Under the pieces are notes generated by a model, which was not told where the DNA came from, searched no databases, and saw nothing but the letters and a program-made list of their open reading frames with translations. The translations under genes and the position numbers were made by a program. Source: Prasinococcaceae sp. CCMP 1430 (taxonomy: Eukaryota > Plantae > Prasinodermophyta). From it: DNA of 64,000 bases. Positions within the stretch are counted from its first letter, which is position 1. Each line of letters begins with the position of its first letter. The DNA lies in NCBI GenBank assembly GCA_013416795.1, contig RQSC01000808.1, positions 1,638 to 65,637 of the forward strand. The letters are read 5' to 3'. Of this stretch, positions 20,858 through 32,300 are shown piece by piece.

Positions 20858-22882
20858 TTGCTGCCGCGGCGTGCGGCGCCAGGGCGGCGGCGGCGGCGAG
20901 AGAGAGAGTGCGCGGCGGCGGCGGTGGCGGTCGAGGTGGAGGTGGGGGGCGGCGAGGCGGTCGCGGCGCCGGTGGAGAGCGACCGCGAGTCGCTCGACGC
21001 GAATTCTGGCTTCTGCCGCGTCGCGGATCGCTATGACCCTGGCGCGGTTGCGGCCGCAGGTGCGAGCGCCCGCGCACGTGCTCGCTCGCCCGCTCCGCTC
21101 GCCGCCACGACGCCGCCCGCGGCACCGCGCGACGCTGACCCTCGGCGTCGTCCCACAGCGCGCGCCATGCCCCTCGCCGCCGCAAAGCGCGCGGCGGTGC
21201 TAGCATCCGCTGTCGCTCGCCTCGTTCGCCTCTTCAGTGCCTCCGCGGGTGGGCTCGGTGAGCTGCGCTCCGACGCTGTGCGCAGCAAGGCGATCGTCGT
21301 GCGCGAGACGCTCGCGGAGCTCGGCCCGACGGCGGTGAAGCTCGGTCAGAACCTCGGCAACCGACCCGACCTTGTGCGCGAGGACTACATGGAGGAGCTC
21401 AGCACACTGCAGGATCGCGTGCCGCCGTTTCCGAACGAGGAGGCCTTCGCTATCATGCGCTCCCAGCTGGGCATCGCCGACCTGGACGAGGTCTTCTCCG
21501 AGCTGAGCCCGGAGCCGGTCGCGGCCGCCTCCATCGGGCAGGTGTACCGCGGCAGGCTGCGCTCCAACGGCGCAGAGGTAGCCATCAAAGTGCAGCGGCC
21601 AGGCGTCGACCAGGTGTGCACGCTCGACCTGTACTGGCTGAGGGTGCTCGCCGAGAGGGGCCTAAATGCGCTCGCGAAGGAGCGCCTGGGCGTCGAGGCA
21701 ACGCTGCTCGTGGACGAGTTCGCCGAGAAGCTGCTAGAAGAGCTGGACTTCGAGCAGGAGGCGCGCAACCTGGTCGAGTTCCGTGCGAACTTTGCCGCAG
21801 ACGAGCGCGTGACGGTGCCCGAGCCATACATGCCGCTCTGCCGCAAGCGCGTGCTGGTCATGGAGTGGGTCGACGGCCAGCGCTGCACGGCGCCAGGCGC
21901 GCTCGCTGGCAGGGAGGCCACGCGCAAATTCATCAATCTGGGCGTCGAGAGCGGCCTCAAGCAGCTGCTGGAGTTCGGGCTCTTCCACGGCGACCCTCAC
22001 GCAGGGAACGTGCTGGCATCCACCGACGGCGACCTCGCGTACGTCGACCTCGGCAACGTGGCGCAAATCTCGCGCGCCAACCAGGAGAGCCTCATCGATG
22101 CTACCGTGCACGCCATGAACGGCGACTACGAGGGACTCGCGGCGGACCTGGTGGCGCTGGGCTTCGTCGCGCCCGACGTTGACATTGCGCCGATCGCCGA
22201 GTCGCTCGAGAAGGTGTGGGGGGACTCGCTCAGCAAGGCGGGGCTCGCGGACTTCTCCTTTCGCCGCCTCACGTACGCCTTCAACGCGCTGCTCCTCATG
22301 CATCCCATCCGCGTGCCTGAGCGATTTTCGCTGGTCATCCGTGCGCTGCTCACGCAGGAGGGCATCTGCATGCAGCTGGACAGCTCCTTTCGGTTCCTGG
22401 AGGTGGCCTTTCCCTACGTTGCACGTCGACTGCTCACGGACCCCGACCCCGCGCTGCGTCTGCGCATGCTGCAGGTCGTGATTGTCGAGGGCGAGTTCAG
22501 GTGGGACAGGCTGCGCACGCTGCTGTCCATGGCGACCATGAACAACCCGGACGCCATGAGCGGCGGCAAGGGCGGGCTGCTCGCCAGCCTGAACCTGCGC
22601 ATGCTCGCGTGGGAGTCCGCGCGTATGCTCTCGCGGGACGCGGAGCTGCGTACCGCGCTGCTGAGCGGCTTCGAGAAGCGCTCGACGCTTTCGCACGCGC
22701 GTGAGTTCCTAGGAATCGTCGCGCTCGTTCTCGGCGCGCTCGGCGGCGCGTGGGCTGAAAGGGCGGTGCTCACGGCGAGGCGGGGGTGGCGTGCGCTCGC
22801 GTTCACACGCTGGTGGCGGCTGCGGCGACGGCGGCGCGACTCCAAGGACGGCACGCCCCCACCCCAGGTGGCGCTCGTCTGA
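20858..22882 (+). CDS. ABC1K1: Plastoglobule atypical kinase ABC1K1 (PGR6)-like; start unresolved; probable intron 21060-21158
   Basis: LGPTAVKLGQNLGNRPDLVREDYMEEL, AAASIGQVY, VAIKVQRP, LVDEFAEKLLEELD, QLLEFGLFHGDPHAGN, PIRVPERFSLVIRALLTQEGIC, AFPYVARRLLTDPDPALR. No in-frame ATG upstream of 21167; the ORF track starts at a TTG. Confidence 0.88.
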   Translation: MLPRRAAPGRRRRRERECAAAAVAVEVEVGGGEAVAAPVESDRESLDANSGFCRVADRYDPGAVAAAGASARARARSPAPLAATTPPAAPRDADPRRRPTARAMPLAAAKRAAVLASAVARLVRLFSASAGGLGELRSDAVRSKAIVVRETLAELGPTAVKLGQNLGNRPDLVREDYMEELSTLQDRVPPFPNEEAFAIMRSQLGIADLDEVFSELSPEPVAAASIGQVYRGRLRSNGAEVAIKVQRPGVDQVCTLDLYWLRVLAERGLNALAKERLGVEATLLVDEFAEKLLEELDFEQEARNLVEFRANFAADERVTVPEPYMPLCRKRVLVMEWVDGQRCTAPGALAGREATRKFINLGVESGLKQLLEFGLFHGDPHAGNVLASTDGDLAYVDLGNVAQISRANQESLIDATVHAMNGDYEGLAADLVALGFVAPDVDIAPIAESLEKVWGDSLSKAGLADFSFRRLTYAFNALLLMHPIRVPERFSLVIRALLTQEGICMQLDSSFRFLEVAFPYVARRLLTDPDPALRLRMLQVVIVEGEFRWDRLRTLLSMATMNNPDAMSGGKGGLLASLNLRMLAWESARMLSRDAELRTALLSGFEKRSTLSHAREFLGIVALVLGALGGAWAERAVLTARRGWRALAFTRWWRLRRRRRDSKDGTPPPQVALV

Positions 22883-22962
22883 CGGCGATGTGCGGGAATC
22901 GCACCTTTTTTGTCACACTATTAAACATTAACTACATGTACCACGAGCTCGTGGCTGCGCGT

Positions 22963-24210
22963 TCACTCCACGCCACGGCGAGACGCCGTGGGCATGAGCG
23001 TCCTGTCCTTGGCGGCCACCTTCCTGCGGCGCTTGGCCATGAACTTTTCGAGCTGGCCCGACTTCTTGAGAGACTCGTACTTGTCGACGAGCTCCCTCTT
23101 CTTGCGGTCCGATTTCTTCTCGAAGTACGGCCCTCTGCCCCCCCGCGCGCGCTCACGCTGGCGCCGCCGGCTCTCGTCCTCGAGAGCGGCATCGCGCCTG
23201 CGCTTCTGGTGGTCGGCGACCTTGGCCTCTAGCGACGCCACCAGCCGCTTGAGCTGCTCCTTGCGCGCCGCACCGTGGGTGCGCTTCACCTGCTGCTTGA
23301 GCGCGTCGCGCTCCTCGGCCATCTTCTCGTCGAAGACGAAACCGTATTGCTTGCGGAAGACGCGGTCGTTGAAGGCGCCCATGGACGCGTCGAAGCGGGG
23401 GTCCTTGGACTTTGGCTTCGCCGGCGCGAGGCCCTCGATCTCGCGCAGCATGGGCACGCGCGCCTTGGACGACACCTCCTGCGGCCGGTTCTTGTTGGCA
23501 CGCGCGCCGATTTTTTCACGCGCCTCGCGCTCCCTCTTGGCCGCCAGCCACGCAGGCACCTTGCGCGCACTCGTGCGGCCGTCTCGTTTCGACGCAAGCC
23601 GCTCGCCGAGCGGCACGTCCGCCTCGGCAGCCGCGTGCGCGCCCGTCCCCTCGCCGTCTGAGTCAGACTCATCGTAGTCCTCTTCGTCTTCGGAGCCACT
23701 CTCGGATGCGTCGTCGTGGCCGCGCAGGCGCGCGCCCGCGCGCGTCCCATCGCCTTCTTCGTCCTCGTAGTCACCCTCCTCCTCCTCCTCCTCGCCGTCG
23801 CTGTCGTCGTAGTCGTCCTCGTCGCTCTCGTCATCCTCCTCGGCGGCGGCCATCGCGGCCTCCATGCGCCGCGCCATGCGTGCGACGTCGTCGCCCGCGG
23901 CTCCACGCGCCCGTCCCTCGCGGTATTCCTCGTCCTCGTCGTCGTCGTCCTCCTCCTCCTCCTCCTCGCTCTCGCCACTGTCCTCCGCGGCCGCCATCGC
24001 CGCCTCCATGCGCCGCGCCATGCGCGCCACGTCACCACCCGCCTGCACCTCCTCCCCTTGATCCCTTCCGTCGGGCGTCCTTGGCCGAGCACGTGCTGAC
24101 CTCGCCTGCGGGCGCCGTGAGCGAGCTGCAACATTTAGGCGCCGCGCCCGCCACTGGCCGCGGATCCGCGCTCGCGGCGCGCCGCAGCAGCCGCTCGCGC
24201 ACCAAATCAT
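22963..24210 (-). CDS. RRP36: rRNA biogenesis protein RRP36 with acidic N-terminus (start uncertain: ATG 24210 or 24021)
   Basis: RANKNRPQEVSSKARVP, KSKDPRFD, FRKQYGFVF, PYFEKKSDRKK, KYESLKKSGQLEKFMAKRRRKVAAKDR. Confidence 0.9.
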   Translation of the reverse strand: MIWCASGCCGAPRARIRGQWRARRLNVAARSRRPQARSARARPRTPDGRDQGEEVQAGGDVARMARRMEAAMAAAEDSGESEEEEEEDDDDEDEEYREGRARGAAGDDVARMARRMEAAMAAAEEDDESDEDDYDDSDGEEEEEEGDYEDEEGDGTRAGARLRGHDDASESGSEDEEDYDESDSDGEGTGAHAAAEADVPLGERLASKRDGRTSARKVPAWLAAKREREAREKIGARANKNRPQEVSSKARVPMLREIEGLAPAKPKSKDPRFDASMGAFNDRVFRKQYGFVFDEKMAEERDALKQQVKRTHGAARKEQLKRLVASLEAKVADHQKRRRDAALEDESRRRQRERARGGRGPYFEKKSDRKKRELVDKYESLKKSGQLEKFMAKRRRKVAAKDRTLMPTASRRGVE

Positions 24211-24410
24211 CAAAAGCAATCTGCGGTTCTGGGAGTTTTGCGCCCATCGTAACGCGAAATGGAAGGTGCATTTGGATACTTCAAAACGCGCTTTTGGAGG
24301 CGATTTTATTTTGATTTTGTTTGCGCGCGCATAAGGCGTCGCCGGCGGGCGCGTCGTAGCGGGCGCTACTGCGCGCGCGCGGGGCGTGCGCCGCCCCCCC
24401 CCCCCTCTGC

Positions 24411-26418
24411 ATGGAGGGGGGCGCCGCTGGGATGCAGGCGGCGCAGGCGCAGCAGGCGGGAGGCTCGCACATGATGGGCTACCGACGGGGCGGGGGAGGA
24501 GGCGGCGGAGGCGGAGGCGGAGGCGGAGGCGGCGGAGGCGCTCGCGGCGACAACGTACGTGCGCGCGCAAGAGCATGCCGCCGCGTGAGTGAGGCAGGAG
24601 TGGGGGGAGACGGGGGTGGGGTTCGGCTCCGCTCGCCTGCCTCCCCAGCTCCTAGGCACGCGCTTGGGCGCGTTGCGGGGCCGATCGCGTCGTGCGGCGA
24701 CGAGTGCATGCACACACCGCCCGCGCCTCGGCGGAGCCCGCGCGCGCACCAGCGCGATGAGCGGGCGGGGGACGGTTTGGGGAGCGCTAGGTGGCAAAAA
24801 AAAAAAAAAGAAGCGGGAGTGTGCGCCGCCGCGCCATGAGGCGGGGAGAGAGGGGTGGCAGGAAGGGGGGGGCGAGCGGGGAGGGTGGAATGAGTGAGGA
24901 TGGCCCGCGCTTGTTGCCGCGCTCGGCACCGATGATGTGCCTCCCTCCCCCTCCCCCCCCCCAGGCGCACCTCCTCCCATCGCCTGCGCTCCCCGGGCGC
25001 GGCGCTTGGCGGGATACCCTTGCGCAGACCCGCGCGCGAAACGCAGCCGAAGTGATGTGCGCTGGAGAGGAAACCCTAGCTCTGCTCGCAACGGGAGACC
25101 CGCGCCACGCGCCTTCCGGCTTGCGCGCCGCGTGGCGTGGCGCGTCACTATCAGGGGCGCCGGCCCTCCCCGCTCCCCCTCCGCCGCCTGCTCCTCCTGC
25201 GATCCGCCGCGCGCTTGCTCCATCGCCGGCGGCGTGGTCGATCGCCCCAAAGCGTCGCCATCTAACCCCCCCCCCTCACCCCCTCGCCGCCTGACACCGC
25301 CGTTCCCCTCACCAACCCACACACGCGCGCGCGCGCACCCTTCGTCCCCCCACACACCCTCCACCCGAAAGAAGCCGACCAAAAAGGCGCCACCCCAATC
25401 GGATCAGCCCAGCTTCGTGTGCATGATGGGCGACATGACGCAGACGTACGGCGCGACGTCGCACTGCGAGGTGACCACGTGCGCCGCGGCCAGGCGCGAG
25501 CAGCGCTTCCGCCCGATGCGCCAGGCCCGCGAGCTCGACGCCTTCCGCTCGTGCTGCATCAAGTCGGTGAACCTCGACGACCACGGCTCGGGCGTGGCGT
25601 ACGAGTCCGGCGTCCCGACCATCCCGCAGCCGGGCACGATCGCGGAGGACAAGCTCCGGGCCATCCGCAAGGCGCTCGCCACGTTCGAGCCGCCCGAGGT
25701 GGGGTGCTCGTTCGCGCGCGGCGGCAACGTGTCGGTCGTGTGCTGCTCGAAGATCGACACCGACCGCAACGCGCCGTGGGAGGGGCTCCACCCCACGCAG
25801 GCGCCCTTCCTCAAGCCCAAGACCATGGAGGACAAGGGCGGCCGCCGCAAGTCCACGTCGGACGACGGCGGCAACCTGAACAGCGACGCGCGCCTCGTGC
25901 TCAACTTCTACGTGCGCGCCCGCGCGCTCGCGCGCTGGGCGAGCGCGCGGCGAAAGCTCCGCGCGTGGCGCGCGCTGATGGGCGGCTTCGGCGGGCTCGG
26001 CAGCGGCAGCAGCGGCGGCGGCAGGCCCTCGGCGCGGGCGCCGCGCACCGCGCCGCGCGTGTCGTCCACGGCGATCGCGGAGTCGGCCAGGAGCAACGCC
26101 GAGGCGGGCGCGGTGCTCGCGTGGCCGCCGCACAAGTTCATCGAGAAGGAGATCGTCAAGTTCTTCAAGAAGCTCACGGGCGTGTACGGCATCGTCCTCG
26201 TGGACGTCGAGCGGCGGCACATGTTCGCCGCGCGCGACCCCGAGGGCACCGTGCCGCTCCACATGGCGCTCACGGCCGACAACTGCGTGCTGGTCGCCAC
26301 GGAGGAGGGCCTGCTGCCCGCGAAGGCCACGAAGACGCGCGCCATCGCCGCGGGCAAGTACGTGTACGGCCCGGGCGAGTACATCATGGAGGAGGCCCAC
26401 GAGCTCGACCTCGAGTAG
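24411..26418 (+). CDS. DUF3700/Wali7/TSJT1-like Ntn-amidotransferase-fold protein; main exon 25408(ATG 25423)-26418, possible Gly-rich first exon 24411-24554
   Basis: KLTGVYGIVLVDVERRHMFAARDPEGTVPLHMALTADNCVLVA resembles the asparagine-synthetase-like L.G.F.FVL.D...F.A.D..G..PL motif. A phase-0 donor at 24555 (AAC|GTACGT) and acceptor at 25407 are frame-compatible. Confidence 0.6.
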
Positions 26419-26485
26419 CGCAGCCCTCTCGCGACAGCGGGCCGCCGGGCGGCCGCGGCCCGCAGGTCCGCGCGCCGGGGCGCGC

Positions 26486-26489
<4 letters not shown>

Positions 26490-26541
<52 letters not shown>
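26490..26541. repeat. 52-nt poly-G homopolymer
   Basis: Seen directly; may be a sequencing artefact. Confidence 0.9.
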
Positions 26542-26718
26542 CGTAGGGTGGCGCGCGACACTCACACTGCACAAAAGCGCAGGTTTTTTTTTTTTTTGGC
26601 GGCGCCGTGCCATGCGTGCGCTGAGGCGAGGTGGGGGTGCGACAGGGCGCTGACCGCGCTGCGCCGGCGCGCTCAACAGGAACGCATTGGCGGCGGTGGC
26701 GGCGGTGGAGGTCCACCC

Positions 26719-28326
26719 ATGGGTGGTCGCGGCCGCGGCCGCGGCGGCGACGAGCTCAAGCGCCTGCACCACAAGACGCAGCTCTGCCTCTTCGAGCGGC
26801 GCGGCGGGCCCGGCTCGTGCCCGAAGGGTGCGTCGTGCTCGTTCGCGCACTCCCTGGATGAGCTGCCAGCGGCGGCGCGCGCGACGTACAAGACCAAGAT
26901 GTGCTTCAGGATGACGGGCATGGGCAGGTGCCAGTACGGCGCGGCGTGCCACTTCGCGCACTCGCAGGAGGAGCTGCGCATACCAGGCGCGGGCGCGCCC
27001 GCTGCGGGCCCGCACCACGCCGAGGGCGCTCGCGGAAGCAGTGGCGCCCCCGCCGCTGCAAATCCGGACCTGGCCGACGGGCTCGGCAAGGATGGTGCGA
27101 CGACAGGATCGTACGCCAGCCATGCTGCGCAGGGTGCGCAGGGGACCAACGGCCCCCAAGGTGGCTACGCTGCTGCGGCGGCCTCGCACCGCGGCGGTGC
27201 CAATACACAGCCCAACGGGACCACCGCGGCGGCCACCGCTGGGGGCAATGGGCGCTTCCCGCCCGCCACTCAGGGGCCGGGCGCGCAGCCGCAGAATGTG
27301 TTTGCGCAGCCTGGGCAGCCGATCGTACAGTACATGCCCGTGGTGGTATACCCCGCGCCTGCTGGGTCGAGCGGCGAATTCGCTGGCCAGCGTGGCACTG
27401 TCGCGTACGCGTACCCCTCTGGCCAAGTGCCACAAGGTGGCGTGGTGCAGGGGCAAGCTATTAGCGCCGAGGGTCAGCGCGTGCTCATCGCCGGCGCAGA
27501 GCAGGTGGCAGACTTCGTGCCTGCTGGCAACTTGCAGCGCCCGGGTGGCTTCGTGCCTGCTGGCAATGCCCAGCGCCCGGGTGGCACCACCGAGTACGCC
27601 CAAGGCGATTGGGCGAGCGCCGCGGCGGTGGCTGCGGCGCAGCGCGCCGACGGCCAAGCCACTCATCCCAAGGGCGCCATTGGCTCGCTGCTGCCGAACT
27701 CCCTCGAGGGAGGTGCCATGCGCATGGCTGGCGCAGCTGGGGCGGCGCCGTTCAAGCCAGTGGCTGAATCGAAGGTCGAGGCCATTGCCGAGTCCGTGCT
27801 TCCCGGAGACAACTTCGAGGGTGCGTACGGCACTGAGACGATGCCCTCACACCTCCTGCCTGACGGCCTTACCGAGCTCAACGAGCCCCCACAAAGCGCC
27901 TGGAACAACGGCAGGGGCATGCAGGGCGCCCCTGAGAATGGTGGCAACTGGAACGGCGCGTCCGGCGAGGACAGCGCCGCCGCCGCTGCCGCAGCCACTG
28001 CCGAGGCGGCCGCGGCCGCTGCGATTTCAGGATTCGACATGCCAGCCGAGGGGAACAACGCTGGAAAGTCGCAAGCTGGCGGTGAAAACTTCAATGCTGG
28101 GCCCTCGTCTTTTTTCAATATCGTCGGCAGCCATGGCGCCCCCGCGCCACAGCCGGTGCCGCCCCAGGCCGCTGCTGTCGCGGGGAAGCCCGCCGCGTTC
28201 AACATGCAGGCACTCCTCCAAGAGCTGCAGAATGCCAATGAACCGGGTGCCGATGGGGTCCCCGCAGCACAGGGAGCCGCCGCGGCCGCAGTCGCTGCTG
28301 CTCAGGCTGCCGTGAAGGAGGCATGA
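26719..28326 (+). CDS. Tandem CCCH zinc-finger (TIS11/TTP-like) RNA-binding protein with long low-complexity tail
   Basis: HKTQLC-x9-SCPKGASCSFAH and YKTKMC-x8-CQYGAACHFAHSQEELR. Confidence 0.85.
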   Translation: MGGRGRGRGGDELKRLHHKTQLCLFERRGGPGSCPKGASCSFAHSLDELPAAARATYKTKMCFRMTGMGRCQYGAACHFAHSQEELRIPGAGAPAAGPHHAEGARGSSGAPAAANPDLADGLGKDGATTGSYASHAAQGAQGTNGPQGGYAAAAASHRGGANTQPNGTTAAATAGGNGRFPPATQGPGAQPQNVFAQPGQPIVQYMPVVVYPAPAGSSGEFAGQRGTVAYAYPSGQVPQGGVVQGQAISAEGQRVLIAGAEQVADFVPAGNLQRPGGFVPAGNAQRPGGTTEYAQGDWASAAAVAAAQRADGQATHPKGAIGSLLPNSLEGGAMRMAGAAGAAPFKPVAESKVEAIAESVLPGDNFEGAYGTETMPSHLLPDGLTELNEPPQSAWNNGRGMQGAPENGGNWNGASGEDSAAAAAAATAEAAAAAAISGFDMPAEGNNAGKSQAGGENFNAGPSSFFNIVGSHGAPAPQPVPPQAAAVAGKPAAFNMQALLQELQNANEPGADGVPAAQGAAAAAVAAAQAAVKEA

Positions 28327-29323
28327 GCGCGGACGGGACGAAGGTGTACAGAGCTCTCGTTTGGGCATGCTGATGGGCGGACGCGAGAGCGGCAGGGGCG
28401 GAAGTGCTGGACATGGCGACGACTACGGCGACAAAGACTAAGTGAAGTAATGACGTGGGCCGACATCCTGCGAATTGCGCGACGCTCACGGGGCACGCGG
28501 TGGTTTATTCCACCGTACGCCTGCGTGCGCGCTGCTGCGACGTACGGACCACGAAAGTAATGAGGGGCACGCATCGAAGGCCTCTAATGAAGAGCCCTCG
28601 GCGAGGACGGACGAACGGACGTCTCTCGCGGGGCCGAGATAATTCTAATGCTCCCAGGCGGCATCGGGAGGCGGCACGACTGCTGCACAGGGCCGCGTGC
28701 CGACCGCTCCGTCAGTGGACGGGCGGCGCGCGCGTTCTTGAGCTGCTGCGCGTGACGATTCCTGCCGGCTGATGGAGCCCGTGACTAATTGGAGAGAAAG
28801 AGCTGCACCGCCAAGTGCGTACCAGGGGCTGCTGCAGCGATGGAGAAGCGGGCGCGGGGCACGCGCTGCATCTGCAGCCAGGCCTTGTGACCGTCTCGCT
28901 CTTTTGCTGCGGTGGCTCCGGTGCGCATGTCACTAATTGGGGCATGCAATTCTCCCGGTGATAATGGATAATAGCGGGGCCAGGCACCCGCTCATAATCC
29001 CAGTAGTAATGCTCCGCTGCTGGGCACTCACGTGCTCAGTGCGAGCGAAAGGGAGCTGAGAGATCAATTAACTACATACCTACGACGACGATGGACCGTC
29101 CAGAGAGAGACGCCACACTACTTCGGGGCTGGCCGATGGCTGGCGGGAGCGCGCTCACCCGTGTGCGCCTGCTGGCGTGATGCCGGCCGTAATTAATTAA
29201 AAGTTCGGATGGCAGGGCGGGACGAGCGGCGTGCGCGGCGCAGTGCGCGTGTGCAGGGTGATGTGGACGGGCCACGTACGAACTTTAGAAAGAATTGCGT
29301 CGAGCAAGCCGGCGCGGGTGCGC

Positions 29324-32300
29324 TTAAAGGCCTGCGTCGACCTCGCCGAAGCCTCCGCCCGAAGGCGTGTGCAGCACGAAGGTGTCGCCTGGATGCACGT
29401 CCACCGTGTCGCATGCGCCCATGTCGACGCGCGTGCCATCCTTGCGCTCGACCCAGTTCTTGCCGCATTCCCCGGGCTGCCCTCCTGCCATGCCGTATGG
29501 AGGCACTTTGCGCCTGTTGCTCAGCATGCACACTGTCATGTCCTCGTTGAAGCGGATGCGTCGCTCGACACCGTCGCCACCCTTGTGTTTGCCCTTGCCG
29601 CCCGAGCCTCTGCGGATGGAGAAGCTCTCGAGCCGCACTGGGAATCGAAACTCAAGAACTTCGGGGTCGGTCAGGCGCGAATTGGTCATGTGTGTGTGTA
29701 CCGCGTCCGTGCCATCAAAAGTTGGGCCGGCGCCGCTACCGCCGCAGACGGTCTCGTAGTACTGGTAGGTGTCGTTGCCGAAGGTGAGGTTGTTCATCGT
29801 GCCCTGCGCGGCGCCCATGACGCCCAGCGCGCCGTAGATGGCATCGGTCACCACCTGGCTCGTTTCGACGTTGCCCGCCACCACCGCCGCGGGGTATGAT
29901 GGGCTCAGCATGCTGTCGTCGGGGATGGCGAGCTCGATGGGCCGAAGGCAGCCTTCGTTCATCGGGATATTGCTGTCCACGAGCGTGCGGAAGACGTACA
30001 TGACCGCGGCGCGGCATACCGCGGAGGGCGCGTTGAAGTTTGAGCCCAGCTGGGCGCTGGTGCCCGTGAAGTCGACCTTGGCTGAGCGCTTATCAAGGTC
30101 GATCGAGGCCTTCACCTTCACCACCGCGCCGTTGTCCATTTCGTAGGCGAAGTCGCCGCTACGCAGGGCGCTGATGGCGCGCCGAACGCTCTCCTCGGCG
30201 TTGTCCTGCACGTGGCGCATGTACGCAGTCACCGTCGGCAGGCTGAAGTGAGCCACCATTTTCTTGAGCTCGGCCGCCCCCTTGGCGTTTGCCGCGAGCT
30301 GGGCGCGCAGGTCGGCCACGTTTTGGTCCGGATTCCGGCACGGGTAGGGGTCCCTGCCAAGCACCTCGCGCAACTCTGCCTCGCGCATGATACCCTCTGC
30401 GCCGTCGACCAACTTGAAGTTGTCGATGAGCACGCCCTCCTGATCTATCGAGGTCGAGTCGCTGGGCATGGACGCGGGCGTCACGCCGCCAATGTCTGCC
30501 TGGTGGCCGCGGCTTCCCACATAAAATAGGATCTCCTTGCCATCGTCGTCAAAAACCGGGGTGACGACTGTGACATCAGGCAAATGCGTCCCGCCGTTGT
30601 AGGGGTTGTTGAGCACGTAGGCGTCGCCCGGAACCATCTTGCCCTCGTTGTCATCGATGACACACCGGATGGACTCGCCCATGGAGCCTAAGTGCACAGG
30701 CATGTGTGGCGCGTTTGCAATGAGGTGACCTTCCGCGTCGAAGATGGCGCAAGAAAAGTCCAGCCTCTCCTTGATGTTGACAGAGTACGCAGTGTTCTGC
30801 AGCGTGAACCCCATTTGCTCCGCTATAGACATGAACAAATTGTTGAAGATCTCCAGGTACACCGGATCCACCTCGGTGCCGATGGCGACGGTGGCCTCGC
30901 GCGGCACAACGCGACGCAGAACGAGCCCTGCAGGTACGACTTCGGCACGCCAACCCATTTCGACGAAAGTCGTACCGTTGGCCTCGACGAGGATGGAGGG
31001 TCCATCAACGGTGAAACCAATGGGCAAGTCTTCGCGAGACCACACTGACGTGTCCGTCATCGCACCGTTGCAATAGACCTGTGTGGAGCCGAGCGGGGCG
31101 GGCGCCGCGGCGGCCCCAGACGCGGAAGCTTTTGTGACTGACGCGGCGAAGGCATCGGCGCTGTCGGAGAGCACGGCCTCAACCGTGGCAGCCTCGACCA
31201 CCAGTGCCTTCTCGCTCATGATGAAGCCAAATCGGGCCATATAGCGCCGCTCGAAGTCCTCACGCGCCTCCTTGGGCGCGCAGTGTGGCACGGCGAGCGC
31301 CGTGTCCGTCCCGTCGTAGCGTAGCAGGAGCTGCGCGGTGATTTCAACGCGTTCTGCATCGGCGCCCTGTGCCACGAGCTCTGCTACGGCCGCCGCGGAG
31401 AGCTCCTCCACTGCTGCGTCGGCGCCGTCGCACCTGGCGGTGCTCGTGTCCAGCTTGACCTCAACCGATTTCTGCCTGAGCGCCGACACGTCCGCGAGGC
31501 CCATGCCAAACGCGCTGAGCACGCCTGCGAGCGGGTGCGCGTACACGGTGCTCATGCCAAGCGCGTCCGCCACGAGGCACGCGTGCTGCCCGCCCGCGCC
31601 GCCGAAGGTCTCGAGGCAATACTCGGTCACGTCGTACCCACGCTGCACTGAGATCTTCTTGATGGCGTTGGCCATGTTCTCCACGGCGATGGTCAAGAAA
31701 CCCTCGGCGACATCGCGCGCGCTCTGGCCGCCACATCGCTTTGCCATCTCCTCGAATTTGCGCTGTACGGCGTCCCGGTCGAGCGGCGCGTCGTTGTTGG
31801 GGCCGAAGACCGCCGGGAAGTACTCCGGCACAAGCTTGCCGAGCATGACGTTGCAGTCAGTGACGGTGAGCGGGCCGCCGCGGCGGTACGCGGCTGGCCC
31901 TGGGTTGGCTCCTGCACTCTCCGGACCGACCGTGAAGCGCGAGCCGTCGAACGAGCAGATGGAGCCGCCGCCGGCAGCCACGGTATGGATCTGCATCATC
32001 GGCGCGCGCATGCGCACCCCGGCCACCAGCGTCTCGAAGGCGCGCTCGTACTCGCCGTCGTAGTGCGCGACATCTGTGGACGTGCCTCCCATATCGAAGG
32101 TGATTAGCTGCTTGAAGCCCGCGGCTTCGGCCGCACGCACTGAGCCCACGATGCCGCCCGCCGGCCCGCTCAGGATGGCGTCCTTGCCCTGAAAGAGCGC
32201 AGCATCCGTCAGGCCGCCACTGCTCATCATGAATTGCAGCTTGACGCCCGACAGCTCGCTCGCGACGGTGTCGACGTACCGCCGCAGGATGGGTGACAGG

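Noticed and set aside
26490-26541. Poly-G run as a functional G-quadruplex element
   Set aside because: Pure long G runs are a known artefact of two-colour short-read chemistry and homopolymer mis-sizing. It cannot be trusted without raw reads.
25309-27666. 785-aa minus-strand ORF
   Set aside because: Antisense shadow of two real plus-strand genes and the poly-G run. High-GC codon usage suppresses antisense stops, and it has no motifs.
28781-28940. Repeated GT(G/C)ACTAATTGG in the CCCH/oxoprolinase 3' intergenic region
   Set aside because: Only two copies, between convergent 3' ends; insufficient support for a regulatory call.
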